DNA of 64,000 nucleotides, taken from positions 2,080,001 through 2,144,000 of the forward strand of contig CM000208.1 of NCBI GenBank assembly GCA_000002445.1. Direction: 5' to 3'. This DNA is from Trypanosoma brucei. Taxonomy: Eukaryota. The translations under genes were made by a program, and so were the position numbers. Numbering within the stretch: the first letter of the stretch is position 1; each line of letters opens with the position of its first letter. Positions 10,001 through 20,022 of this stretch are shown here, piece by piece. The notes below the pieces were generated by a model, which had not been told where the DNA came from, made no database searches, and worked only from the letters and a program-made list of their open reading frames with translations.

Positions 10001-10968
10001 TTGCCGTGCCACCTCCAAGAGTTTCTGTGCCACCGGCACCTGTCCCACGAGAATCTGCAGGATCTATTGCTTCATCTGAGAATAAACTCTCTGATGTGAA
10101 TGTTGCCGTGCCACCTCCAAGAGTTTCTGTGCCACCGGCACCTGTCCCACGAGAATCTGCAGGATCTATTGCTTCATCTGAGAATGAGCTCTCTGATGTG
10201 AATGTTGCCGTGCCACCTCCAAGAGTTTCTGTGCCACCGGCACCTGTCCCACGAGAATCTGCAGGATCTATTGCTTCATCTGAGAATGAGCTCTCTGATG
10301 TGAATGTTGCCGTGCCACCTCCGAGAGTTTCTGTGCCACCGGCACCTGTCCCACGAGAATCTGCAGGATCTATTGCTTCATCTGAGAATAAACTCTCTGA
10401 TGTGAATGTTGCCGTGCCACCTCCGAGAGTTTCTGTGCCACCGGCACCTGTCCCACGAGAATCTGCAGGATCTATTGCTTCATCTGAGAATAAACTCTCT
10501 GATGTGAATGTTGCCGTGCCACCTCCGAGAGTTTCTGTGCCACCGGCACCTGTCCCACGAGAATCTGCAGGATCTATTGCTTCATCTGAGAATAAACTCT
10601 CTGATGTGAATGTTGCCGTGCCACCTCCAAGAGTTTCTGTGCCACCGGCACCTGTCCCACGAGAATCTGCAGGATCTATTGCTTCATCTGAGAATGAGCT
10701 CTCTGATGTGAATGTTGCCGTGCCACCTCCAAGAGTTTCTGTGCCACCGGCACCTGTCCCACGAGAATCTGCAGGATCTATTGCTTCATCTGAGAATGAG
10801 CTCTCTGATGTGAATGTTGCCGTGCCACCTCCAAGAGTTTCTGTGCCACCGGCACCTGTCCCACGAGAATCTGCAGGATCTATTGCTTCATCTGAGAATA
10901 AACTCTCTGATGTGAATGTTGCCGTGCCACCTCCGAGAGTTTCTGTGCCACCGGCACCAGTTCCGTGA
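7045..10968 (+). CDS. Coiled-coil protein with a C-terminal tandem array of 34-aa repeats (repetitive cytoskeletal or antigen-like protein). The true start may be a downstream ATG, for example near 7132.
   Basis: A 1307-aa ORF. Codons ~185-520 have a heptad-rich, coiled-coil-type composition (KNENAKYKAQLLTKDVQLKELEAALRAF...), followed by a Ser/Thr-rich linker and then ~16.5 copies of NVAVPPPRVSVPPAPVPRESAGSIASSEN(K/E)LSDV. A polypyrimidine tract lies immediately 5' (6990-7040). Confidence 0.8.
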   Translation: MPPLSSLLWGHAHPYIKVAIQIQKWALPRMQSGVGNITTPTSPQQLVVEAPAELLETCGVQYPAAADVNEGEVVDSKALSAAPGERDVLGCGPTLLSLLYSTQKKDEVGHRAVTPMLWECNGAQERCHSSKRDFTTCVKARKSPPPGSATGSGTGAIRDVLRPYRESHSKRFRAKVVDCRAALSVDDQIITLKNENAKYKAQLLTKDVQLKELEAALRAFRAPRVPVPSGVTEPAEVGGCYNGTDTEVARLTRENGEVWRRLQQSHAQLAVWKRDARVSKLQELKMELAVYQAEVARLAAEVPSSGGAGGAQNHPARSKLQREAETSRAKDLFIAELKERASENATALRKCMDDAMRTKSTLEQVREENELISKELCLFRKTALALTRVQEELRATQCELAEARERLQAFEQMMHTVGGPEEVKAVVKERDALLTLLKQHNAREAAYHQEFFTRQREMKESMERCLQEAVQQERALAQDREMQLRRSCLMWKERCERLLPDKLFEQGRLIEGGGTVVEDEEQQTELHQLPKKIVTPFMDNSQRQRLLTKHIDDVLIVRQVSSTSTPASSSTTLSPVSGLSKLSITDTTQSQSSSHGMQISHPGNEDASSPVKGNVMSSQKGSSGDAPVPPTERTDPDGGAVSYPASSAVISAERTSLVENSKGDIVTSISTEEGAVQLPRGLMTAGVDSSDDSGSELSDLAVGIEEGKTPSFRLHGNSDGQLIPEVVSRMPLTLRTVSSDGVAAVLTVASPPPRVSVPPAPVPRESAGSIASSENKLSDVNVAVPPPRVSVPPAPVPRESAGSIASSENELSDVNVAVPPPRVSVPPAPVPRESAGSIASSENELSDVNVAVPPPRVSVPPAPVPRESAGSIASSENELSDVNVAVPPPRVSVPPAPVPRESAGSIASSENKLSDVNVAVPPPRVSVPPAPVPRESAGSIASSENELSDVNVAVPPPRVSVPPAPVPRESAGSIASSENKLSDVNVAVPPPRVSVPPAPVPRESAGSIASSENKLSDVNVAVPPPRVSVPPAPVPRESAGSIASSENELSDVNVAVPPPRVSVPPAPVPRESAGSIASSENELSDVNVAVPPPRVSVPPAPVPRESAGSIASSENKLSDVNVAVPPPRVSVPPAPVPRESAGSIASSENKLSDVNVAVPPPRVSVPPAPVPRESAGSIASSENKLSDVNVAVPPPRVSVPPAPVPRESAGSIASSENELSDVNVAVPPPRVSVPPAPVPRESAGSIASSENELSDVNVAVPPPRVSVPPAPVPRESAGSIASSENKLSDVNVAVPPPRVSVPPAPVP
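9283..10968 (+). repeat. Coding tandem repeat of a 102-bp unit, ~16.5 copies, >97% identical.
   Basis: Period measured directly: the ccaagagtttctgtgcca motif occurs at 9301 and 9403, giving 102 bp. Units differ only at aaa/gag (K/E) and cca/ccg (silent). The array terminates at a TGA created within a decayed last unit (cca cga gaa -> ccg tga gaa). Confidence 0.95.
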
Positions 10969-12488
10969 GAAGTACACCAGGTGACGATTTTGTTGTGTGT
11001 GTGTGTGGTTGCGTAGCGGTTGTGCATGGGCATTTCGCTATCGTTAAGGTTACTACGGCTTCTATTGAGTGAGTGCACACTTTTTTCATGCTTTTGGTAC
11101 GGCAAACATTTAGACTGTGAGGAAGGTTGCCATTAGTACTTGGTTCTTTGACGGTGCTGTGTTTCTACTCGTGGTGTATGGTGGAAGGTACCTGCTGCTT
11201 ACTTTTTCTTTGATGGGAAACAATCGCCACTGTAGGCGTCTTCCACTTTCAGTTTCCACATTGAATCGAACGGAATTAGTTTACTTCGCGATTCTTTTCG
11301 TTTGTAGAGTTATTTGTTTGACTTCTACTGTTATCCGTCCCCTGTGACTATCTCTAAATTTATGCACCTCCTTTTTGTCTTTTTTTTTTGCGGTCGCACA
11401 TGCGCTTTTCTTTGACACGTACGCGTATTGCCACCGCAGATGGGCACGTCAAGATGAGGTATGTGGTGTTCATATTCATAGAGTTCTTTGTGGTTGAGCG
11501 CCGCTATCGGTTGCAGTGTAAAGGATGCACAGTGGTGTCTGCTTTTATGCTTTGGATTTGTCCTGTCACTCGGCAATGAGTTTGTGCTTGTTTTTTTTCC
11601 TTCCGTCCATCTGGTACGTCGTTTATTTCTGCGCCATTCGTCATTATTATTCTTTAAAGTGCTGTGTGTGCACTTCGATATAATGGAGTACGGTATGCGA
11701 CGAAAGGGGGGGGTGGCGAGAGGAATCAATCCGGGGATACAGTTTTTAAAGTCATTTTTACCTATCGATTATTGATCATGTGTTACTCTGAAACACGTTG
11801 ACGCTCTGTTGCCTCATTTCCCGTTTGATTTTTTTCCCGCCATATTTATCGCAGCCGATAGTGGACACAATGTCGGCATGATTCACGTGTTTCTGCCGCA
11901 CTCTGATAAGCTAGTCGTGAACGTCGGTGTATGAGGCGTTTAAGTGTATGAGCAGGGGTCGGGAGGCGGTTCCGCTCCCGTTTTTCCAGTGTGTAGTTGC
12001 CTATATTGCTCTCCTCTACGGTATGGTGAAGCGCTTCCTTTGCTTGGAGGTCGGAGTGTGCGGTGTTTTGCCCCCCGTCTTGTTTGCGGTGCTGGCAGAG
12101 AAGCCGTTGATCTCCGCAAGGTGCCGTCGCACTCTGATGGTGGCAGTGGTGTAACCCAACCGAAGAAAAATTACCTGAAGTGCTGCATCTGCCGTTTTGA
12201 GCTGCAGCTTCGCCTTAGTTTACGGCATTCAGGAGTTACGGTGAGCTGATCGGGAAAGACAATGATGTGCTGGTACAGATTTTGCCACATTTGTGCATAC
12301 TTCCCCCTTGTGATGATATGCTTCTTGCTTGTACCCCTGCTTTTCCTTTTTTCATGTGGGACCACATCGCCTGGGAGATGATGCGTTAACCAACTTTCAC
12401 TTTCTTGTCTTAAAATTGAACCGCTACGTGACTTACTGTAAAGAGGATCAAGAGGTTGTGAAGGAGGATACAGTCACGAATAGCAGTT

Positions 12489-13781
12489 ATGTCAACAGGT
12501 CACCCCGTGGACTGTGTACCACTCCACCAGGCAGCCGAATCCTGCGACCCGGTTGCTAAGCTTTGCGCCTTCCTGATGGCAAAACGCGGATGGAGTCACC
12601 ACCGACTGGCGCAGGCGCTTGGGGTCCCCCCGCTTGTCCTGGAGGAATGCATTCGTAACGGCGTATCCTCAGGGGCGTTGCACGGGCGTTTAGCGCGATG
12701 GATCGCGGAGGGCGGCGGCGCCTCTTTGCCGCAAAGCCTGGTGCAGGCTGTTGTTCAGGCTCCGGCGGGAATTCTGTCGGGTAGCGACACACCGGAGAGC
12801 CAGTTGGATGGTGACCCACTTGCTGACCTGGACCCTGTCACCCGGGCGTATTTTGTGGAACTTGGGTCTAGCATTGGACAAAGCTTCATTTCTATTTTAA
12901 ACGATCCACGTCAAGCAAGGGACAATTTTAGGTGGGGCTCTTGGTTCGTTGGGATTGTGTCCAATGCTTTGGATCACAAGACCTACATGAAGCGGGCAGG
13001 GACTGTTACTAACGAGCAACCGTCGTCAGATACGTTGATGGCCAGGTATAATCAAAACTGGGACTACATGCCATATCTGCAACTTGTGTCAGGGACATTA
13101 AGTGAAAACAACAAAGGGGTGGAACCCTTGGCGAATGTTCCCGCGGCTACGCCACAACTCGGTTCCGTTCTGTCGTGCGCACTAAATGAAAACCTACCGT
13201 GGCCCCAGGGTGTGCCAGAGGAATTCTTTGACACATCGTACGATGCGGCCAACGAGCTCCGCCTTCTGGAGCGGGTAATTGAAGAACGAGGAGGAAGTAA
13301 GATAGATGAAGATGGAGTTCCGATCACCGCTACAACGTTCTCAGATGATTTTGAGGAGATTGAAAAGCGCATGAAGAAATTACGCGAGTGGGAAGGCGCG
13401 GTGGAGAGCTGCTTATTGCGTCATGTGCAGAGCCGTGCGGACCAGTTTTTCATCGTGTCGCAGGATTTCACGGATCGTGCTGGGGAGGCGCGCAGGGCTC
13501 TTGACGACCTTCAGCAAACAAGGGCGGATGTCGATGCCTATGGGACGGGTTTTGTCAGGGAGATGATGACGATCGCACAGAACTACCGCATTCGACATGG
13601 TTTGACTGCTTCCCGGGACTTGGCCGTGGGGATGATGGAGACACTCTCAGCGCTGTCAGTCAATGAAAACTGGATATCGCTTCCGGAGAGAGACATGACT
13701 GAGCTCCCAGCCGTGGTTGAAAACTATTGTGCCTTGTACAAAGCTTTATGGTGCGGGGCCGCCGCAGGGGCAGGTGAGGCC

Positions 13782-13819
<38 letters not shown>

Positions 13820-15758
13820 CTTCTCTGAGACTGGAAACTTCACGCGGGTGAGGGTGTTAAGGGATGTTCCCGAGCGGATGTTGCTGGCGAAAGAGAGTCT
13901 TCATAAAATGATCATGAGAGAAATTGAGCTCACTTTCAACCCGTTGCCAGGATCAGATGTGGAGGAAGGCCGCTTGTTGAGAGCGGTGAGAGCAGCGGGA
14001 GAAATGAATCTATTGCCAACCATCATTCACCAAAACCGGGAGCGACTGCCTGATATTATGTGGACGAACGCTCGAAGCGTGTTTGTGACGGGCATGATGG
14101 ACAGTGGTGCTGTGGGTGAGAAAGGAGCAAATTCTCTTCTGGAAGTCGCCGTGGCTGGTGACAGCTCACGTGAAGAGAAGTTATCACTCATTGGCCTGTC
14201 CGACTCGTGCCGCTTCCCCGCTTTTATGCGGATTTTTAGTGCGATCGCCGTTCAAATATCCCAGGCAGTGAGGCAGGCCTCTCGTTGTTGGGCTCTTCTC
14301 GTCGTTGGGGCTAGTGTGCGTTCCAGTTTCCGCGACGTTGGTGCTCATGATGGTGAGGAAAGTTTGTGGGATATGAGCAGGAGGAACTTAGTTGCGTTGT
14401 TCGCCGCGGCAGAGGGGACGGTTGCGCTGTTTTTGGAAGCGCGGTCACGGCCTTCGTGCGTCCCTACCAATGTGCACGATCTCGAGACACTTGTGAAGTC
14501 CGGGTACGATTTCATGCAGGGCATGGTCGCAGTATTTCACGACGTTGCGGCGATGGTTGGTGATTTAGGTGACCCCTGGAGCTGCCTTTCGGGTAAGCAG
14601 CTTAAAGCCGCTGTGGTGCGGCTCGGAAAGGAACACGTTCGGTCACGTCACGCGGCAAATATCGAAAGGATACGCCTGACGCTAGAGGGAGAGAAGTGGG
14701 TTCCGTGTGACTCAGATGCGGATTTTCAGTCCCGTGTTTCCGTAATATTTAATGGTGGTGACGAAGCCGTCAGCGCGCTGCGGGCGCTCATTGTTTTCAC
14801 CGATTTTAAGGACTCGCGCGAAACTCACCCCAGTTCGCCGAAGACGTGTCAGGAGATGGCAGTGGCTCCATCGAAGAAGCCAGATGCGGTACCGGATCTC
14901 AATTTTACGGCAGTCGGTGAGGGTAAGGTAAATAAGCCGTTTATATTACCTTCGTTGGGTGGACAATTCGATGGACGAGTGGTGAGTGTATCCCTGCAAA
15001 TACTTCTCGAGATGTTGCATGATTATGATGGCTACCTGGGTCGGTTCCCATTTCTTGCTTTTGACATCATGGGAAAGGTGTACGATCTCTTGAGGCTATA
15101 CAATTCACAGTGCGCTGCTCTCCTGCTAGGTGCGATGGCTGTGGAGACCGGTACCCTTGAATCTATCACCGTTCCACACATGGCTGTAGCTTCCCAGAAT
15201 CTTGCGCTGCTCTACGACGGTATTCCGCTCATGCAAAGGCGCTGGGAGAGGGTGGTTGATGGTGATAATTTGCCTTCCTCCATCTCAGAGGACCTAGAGC
15301 GTGTTCGCCAGGGTTGCCAGATGTGTCGTTTGGAACTACTGGGAAAAATAGCAGCACTTGTAAAGGAGAAGGTAGGGGTGCTTGCTGACACTGCTAGAAG
15401 AGAGTGGCAAGACGCCGGAAGCCCGTGGGTCATGACAACGCTACGAGAAACAGCCCGAGTCATGCACCTCCTAAACCCTCTTGTGCCCGTTAGCGACTGC
15501 CGTGGTGTTGTTGTGCCAATGTTAGGTACTTTTGCCCGTATGATGCGGACTGTGATGATGTCGCCTGATATTGACGAGGTGGAGCTTGGAGTCATGAGGT
15601 CGGATGTGCTTGTGTTTAAGGCCAATGTGGAGAGGTTCGGCTTTGATGTTATGCGTTGTATGGAGTTATGCGCGTCACCAACTGACGCCATGAAAGAATC
15701 AAAGGAGCCCTGCGCAACGGATGAAGCTGTCTTGGCATGGTTCTTTGGTCAGGCGTAG
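12489..15758 (+). CDS. Large conserved hypothetical protein (1089 aa). There is a weak, unverified resemblance to the N-terminal region of Vps54/syndetin-type (CATCHR) tethering subunits.
   Basis: A long uninterrupted ORF in the transcribed direction. A helical segment (LREWEGAVESCLLRHVQSRADQFFIVSQDFTDRAGEARRALDDLQ) is patterned like the Vps54 N-terminal motif. There is an internal poly-Asn run (N14) encoded by (AAC)n. No catalytic motifs were recognised. Confidence 0.6.
13781..13820 (+). repeat. (CAA/AAC)13 trinucleotide microsatellite inside the CDS, encoding poly-Asn.
   Basis: caacaacaac... for 40 bp, translated as NNNNNNNNNNNNNN. Confidence 0.95.
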
Positions 15759-16176
15759 ACGTCGCAGCGGTGCCAAATATCATTATCGTCTCCTCTACCT
15801 CCATTCACTTGCTTCTACACATCTATATATAATTCCCCTTTTGCTACTTACTGTTGTTATTTCCCCTTACCCCCGTTGGTTCTCCCCATTGACAACCACA
15901 AATTATCACCTGAATTCCCTTTGGTTGCTTGGGGAGGGGGGGGGGGAGAGGTTTGGCATTGTCGTCTAAAGCAGGCTCACCTGGTGGAAGGGGGTGCGTA
16001 TGTTGCTTTGAACAGACGGTTGCCTTATTGTCATCCCTACACACTCACCCTTTTCCTTTTCCTTTCGTCTCTGTGTTTCGTGGTACGCGTGTTTAGTTCT
16101 ATCGTTGTTTACATCCCAAAAAGGCGTGCCCTTTTTTTTTGTGGGGTGAGAGAGGACAACGGGGGGCAGAACAAAA

Positions 16177-18843
16177 GTGGCGACGATGCGCCGTTGCCTC
16201 TTCGTTGTACGGCATCCGAAAGCCTATGCTGCCATTCATATCGCACAGCACCAACTAGTTTCCGCTTCAACGACTTCTTGCTCCCTTGAGAGAACTCCCT
16301 TGCTCTGCGTTGAAAGTGGAAACGTTTCTGTTGAGCCCGCGAGGGTTCAGTTTGATGGGCTGATCAAAGAAATAAATGAATTTCAGGTGAGGCGGAAGCG
16401 TTCTGAGCGCCGTCTTAACGTTCCCGCTTCAAATATACCTACAACAAAAACAAAACCGGCACAAGTGGAGCGAAATGTAGCACGGGTTCCACAACCATCG
16501 GGTCCAACCAGCTCGGTGGTAACAGACCCTTTATTATCATCAGTGCCATTTGTGTTGCGTGATCCGCCGGTGTTAACTGATGTCGCCTGCACTCTGCACG
16601 AGTTGGAGAGTGCACTTTTCCAAATCTCAGAGGATGAGGGGGCGTTACTCGACGAGAAGGTGAACGTCGTACCGGACGCGACCGCCGCAAATAACGACGA
16701 CGGCTACGTTGGTGCATCCAGTGAATTGGAAGGGAGTTGTGTTGATGGGGGCCAAAGTGCTGCCACTGAGGACCGTCAAGCGGCAGCGGATGCTGGGGAG
16801 CTTTTGAGTGCTCAGCCAGATTCCCAAAACTCTGGACTGCGTTGCTGGCTTGATGATACCGTTGTTCCCACTTCGAGAATTTGCAGCGACACCAGTCTCA
16901 ATACAACTTCACTGCATGTGGAATGGCTGTCGGAGCGCACCGTCGCATTGGAGTTACGTGAAAACCCAGCCTCCGTTGTGGATCTTGTCGCGGGACTCAA
17001 CAGCGCACTTTCCACTCTGGAGGCGGTGAAGGAATGGTCGCATGGTCTCGTTGTAGTGCTCCGCACGGCTCGCGATATTCCCTTTTATACCCCGAAACAC
17101 TCAGAGTTGGAGTTGACCCCTATAAATCGCCTCGAGGTCATGCGCGCGAAGTCTCGACTGTTTCGCCGAATGGGAGAGGCGTCAAGGTGTGGAGTGGTAT
17201 TTGTAGGGGAGATTGGTGTGTCCGCCCTAGACTTCGGCGCTGAGTTGCTCTTCACGTGTGCCAGGGTTGAATTTCCAATCTCCTGTGCAGATGAAGTGCG
17301 CGTTGGATTCCCCTCCCTTCAATTCGGCGTGTGGCCCTCGCCAGATGTGCTCAAGAGATTAAGTGGGGTTGTTGGGTACGGTGAAGGGGTGACTGACGTC
17401 GTCCCAGCATTTCATACTTTGCCCTGGGGAGAGTGGAGAAAACTATACCCGCAGCTTTCGTTGCTCTCTGACATGGAATGTCAGTCATGGAGTAGAGTGT
17501 GGTTGCCAGAGATCATGCGCGGATGGTGGCAATGGCGTTTGTGGTTTTACCAGAAAATGTGTGGCGCATTCAGGCAAGATTTAACTCCTTTTTGTGACGC
17601 CGTGCCTCACAACACTCCGGGGGGTCTGTGGAACTCTTATTGTGCCCTAGTGACCGGCACCGAAACCGACGGTGGTGCCGATGTTCTTGACAAGAGCATC
17701 AACATGTATGCGGAGCTCATGGCAAACCGCGACATATACAATTCCGCGTGTGTGGTGGCGAAACTGGACCGTGTGCATAATCGCGTTTTAAATCCTCTTC
17801 CCTGCGATGATCGGTTTGTGGTGTCACCGGGCTGCTCTGCAGGTTCCTTGACGTCGTCTGCACCCTTTTTGATATTCGCTGAGGACGCGCTTGGTGGTGC
17901 CGCTAAATTGATTGCTCAGCACCGCAGTTCCTTTGATTTGAATTCCCCACGTTACGCATTATTGATCGGAGAGTCTGACGCGGTGAAGGATGTGGCAGCA
18001 TTGTTAGACTGCGCTGTGGTTGCCACGCCCGTTTGTGCACCAAAGGTGGCTCCATTGGGCGGAAAACCTATGGTGGAGGTCCAAGTCCTCCCTGCTGTAC
18101 ACGTGGCCGACAACGAGTCCAAGGTGGCTCTCTCCAGTGCGTTGGCGTATTTTCAGTCAACCGAGGTCCCGTACATTGTTACAAGGGGAGGTGACGTGTC
18201 TAAACGGCTTCTGGCAGCTCTTTCCCTCGAGTTATGCCAGCTGGCCTCAGAGACAGAGTGCTGGCGTGTAGAGGGCGTTGCCCGACGTCGGCTTGGATTC
18301 TCCACTTGCCCATTTGAACTCATGGATCGGTACGGTGCGGCTTTTATATCTGCCGTTATAGACCGGTACGAGCATATGAAAAATTTCGTAAGACAAGTGC
18401 CACCCGCATCCAGGCTGTTGTTGGCGGCCGCGGGTACCGGAGGCTTTTACGACAAAACGGGGCGGATAGCCGGTTCGGTTGCGCAACGTTTGAGGTCTGA
18501 GGAACCTACTGATGGTGAAATTTTTGTGAGGCTCTTAGGTACCGTGCTTAACGAGAGTTGCTCTTTACTGTTAGATGGCACGGTAGAATCAACAGATGAT
18601 ATCAATCTTGCCTCTGTGTTTTGTTTCGGTCTCAAGCCGTCGGTCGGAGGTATTCTGTCGTGTATGGACGACAACATGTCGCTTTCCACCCTCGTCAGAG
18701 AAATGTTGTACATGTCCAGGGGTTGCAGTGGGGTCTCCACTGTTCCCTCCCCGCTGTTACGTGCCATGGACGACGCGAGTGAATCATTCCGTACACTTTC
18801 TGCAGATACCATCCGCCGGGCGAGGGGGAACATGTTGAAATGA
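16177..18843 (+). CDS. Enoyl-CoA hydratase / 3-hydroxyacyl-CoA dehydrogenase-like protein (trifunctional-enzyme alpha-subunit-like) with degenerate catalytic motifs. A possible mitochondrial presequence is present.
   Basis: An 888-aa ORF with a basic, amphipathic N-terminus (MATMRRCLFVVRHPKAYAAI). The crotonase-fold signature region GAELLFTCARVEFPISCADEVRVGFPSLQFGVWPS matches the G-ELAL-CD-R-A...G-PE...G-iPg pattern. The C-terminal GTGGFYDKTGR resembles the HADH C-domain GKGFY motif. The NAD Rossmann GxGxxG is not intact. Confidence 0.5.
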   Translation: MATMRRCLFVVRHPKAYAAIHIAQHQLVSASTTSCSLERTPLLCVESGNVSVEPARVQFDGLIKEINEFQVRRKRSERRLNVPASNIPTTKTKPAQVERNVARVPQPSGPTSSVVTDPLLSSVPFVLRDPPVLTDVACTLHELESALFQISEDEGALLDEKVNVVPDATAANNDDGYVGASSELEGSCVDGGQSAATEDRQAAADAGELLSAQPDSQNSGLRCWLDDTVVPTSRICSDTSLNTTSLHVEWLSERTVALELRENPASVVDLVAGLNSALSTLEAVKEWSHGLVVVLRTARDIPFYTPKHSELELTPINRLEVMRAKSRLFRRMGEASRCGVVFVGEIGVSALDFGAELLFTCARVEFPISCADEVRVGFPSLQFGVWPSPDVLKRLSGVVGYGEGVTDVVPAFHTLPWGEWRKLYPQLSLLSDMECQSWSRVWLPEIMRGWWQWRLWFYQKMCGAFRQDLTPFCDAVPHNTPGGLWNSYCALVTGTETDGGADVLDKSINMYAELMANRDIYNSACVVAKLDRVHNRVLNPLPCDDRFVVSPGCSAGSLTSSAPFLIFAEDALGGAAKLIAQHRSSFDLNSPRYALLIGESDAVKDVAALLDCAVVATPVCAPKVAPLGGKPMVEVQVLPAVHVADNESKVALSSALAYFQSTEVPYIVTRGGDVSKRLLAALSLELCQLASETECWRVEGVARRRLGFSTCPFELMDRYGAAFISAVIDRYEHMKNFVRQVPPASRLLLAAAGTGGFYDKTGRIAGSVAQRLRSEEPTDGEIFVRLLGTVLNESCSLLLDGTVESTDDINLASVFCFGLKPSVGGILSCMDDNMSLSTLVREMLYMSRGCSGVSTVPSPLLRAMDDASESFRTLSADTIRRARGNMLK

Positions 18844-19083
18844 TACAGAGAGGCTTCATTGTGAATCAGTTCGGTGGGATTGTGGTGTGGTAGCGTTTCC
18901 GATGTTTCGCCGCCGCCACCCAGCGCGGTGGTTGTCTCAGGGACTGTGGTACACAAGAATGGGGTTGTGCATGTGCTACAAATGGGTCACAGATCTGGTG
19001 GCATCGCCGCTGCAGTTGCTGAGCACACTTTCTGAAGGACGTGTAAAAAAAAAAGAGAGAAGTACGAGCCCAACAGCATCAAT

Positions 19084-19773
19084 TTGTGTTGTGAAATATC
19101 CCTATGCAGCAAACACCCCTCTTTTTGGCATCATTTGATATTCTCTGTTTGTACCCCTATTGCTTATCTCTTGCTTGTAGTATCGGGTGAAAGGACCCTT
19201 TGGCATAATTATTCTGAGGGGATGGTATTGCACAAGTGGGCTGTGGTGAGTAGGAGCGCCCCACCACCACGGGGACTTCGGCCCATCGCCCGCACAATAC
19301 CCACCCATCCGCGTCTGCGTCCGGTAGACTACAAAATACCTTATGTGCTACGCACTTTTATCAAAGATCGACACACAAGTGAAGTGCAACATTTAGAGAA
19401 CCGGGGAATGTTTGCAGAGGAGCTTAGTATCGAGCGCTCGAGGTTCCCGCGTTTTCATTCCACTTTCACTATCCAAACTGACGGTTCACTCAACGAGAGG
19501 GAGTTCGAGTTTGCTGTTCCTCCGATAGTAACATTGTTCCACGACCGGCTTTCGGCCCATCGGGAGCGTCAACTGGAGCTGGCCAAGATTGGGAAGCTGA
19601 GGAAGGAAAGGAATTGGGAGACGGAGCAGAAGGGCGAAGAATCCGTTAGCATGGCATGCAACGCCTTGGCTTTTCCATACTGTATACCGAAGAACATGTT
19701 GAAGAGGTCGAGAGTAGTTGATCCACTAAATAGCAAATCATCTACTCAGGGAGTAACCTCGGGGGGAGGGTAG
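19084..19773 (+). CDS. Hypothetical protein, weak call. The start is probably the internal Met (MVLHKW...).
   Basis: A 229-aa ORF in the transcribed direction with an Arg/Pro-rich N-region. No recognisable domain. Confidence 0.3.
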   Translation: MCCEISLCSKHPSFWHHLIFSVCTPIAYLLLVVSGERTLWHNYSEGMVLHKWAVVSRSAPPPRGLRPIARTIPTHPRLRPVDYKIPYVLRTFIKDRHTSEVQHLENRGMFAEELSIERSRFPRFHSTFTIQTDGSLNEREFEFAVPPIVTLFHDRLSAHRERQLELAKIGKLRKERNWETEQKGEESVSMACNALAFPYCIPKNMLKRSRVVDPLNSKSSTQGVTSGGG

Positions 19774-20022
19774 TTGATACGGTGTGAGATTGTTATTATT
19801 GTTGATAGCGCTTGAGCATCGTCTTGTTTTGTGTTCATTTGTGCTTATCGTTGAACGAGAGTTTGACTAATTTTTCTGCCTCGTCGTTTGTATCAGTGGC
19901 TGCATGTTGCCCTTCCTTGCGTATAGATGAAGGGGTTAGCTTGTCGTTGTCTTTCGCACAATATAAAGTATTCTCACCTGTGCACTCACTTGTTTTTACA
20001 GCTGCGAAGAGAATCGGTCTCC

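Noticed and set aside
7045-10968. Identification of the repeat protein as MARP (microtubule-associated repetitive protein).
   Set aside because: The known MARP-type repeats are 38 aa (114 bp). The measured period here is 102 bp (34 aa), and the unit sequence does not match what I recall for MARP. It is left unnamed.
9072-11105. 677-aa minus-strand ORF (GTGAGGTETLGGGTATFTSES... repeats) overlapping the repeat gene.
   Set aside because: It is the reverse-complement reading of the same 102-bp tandem array. Perfect repeats lacking stop codons stay open in several frames. Its extension outside the array is short and has no start context, and the + strand ORF has a long unique N-terminal coiled-coil part. 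It is an artefact ORF.
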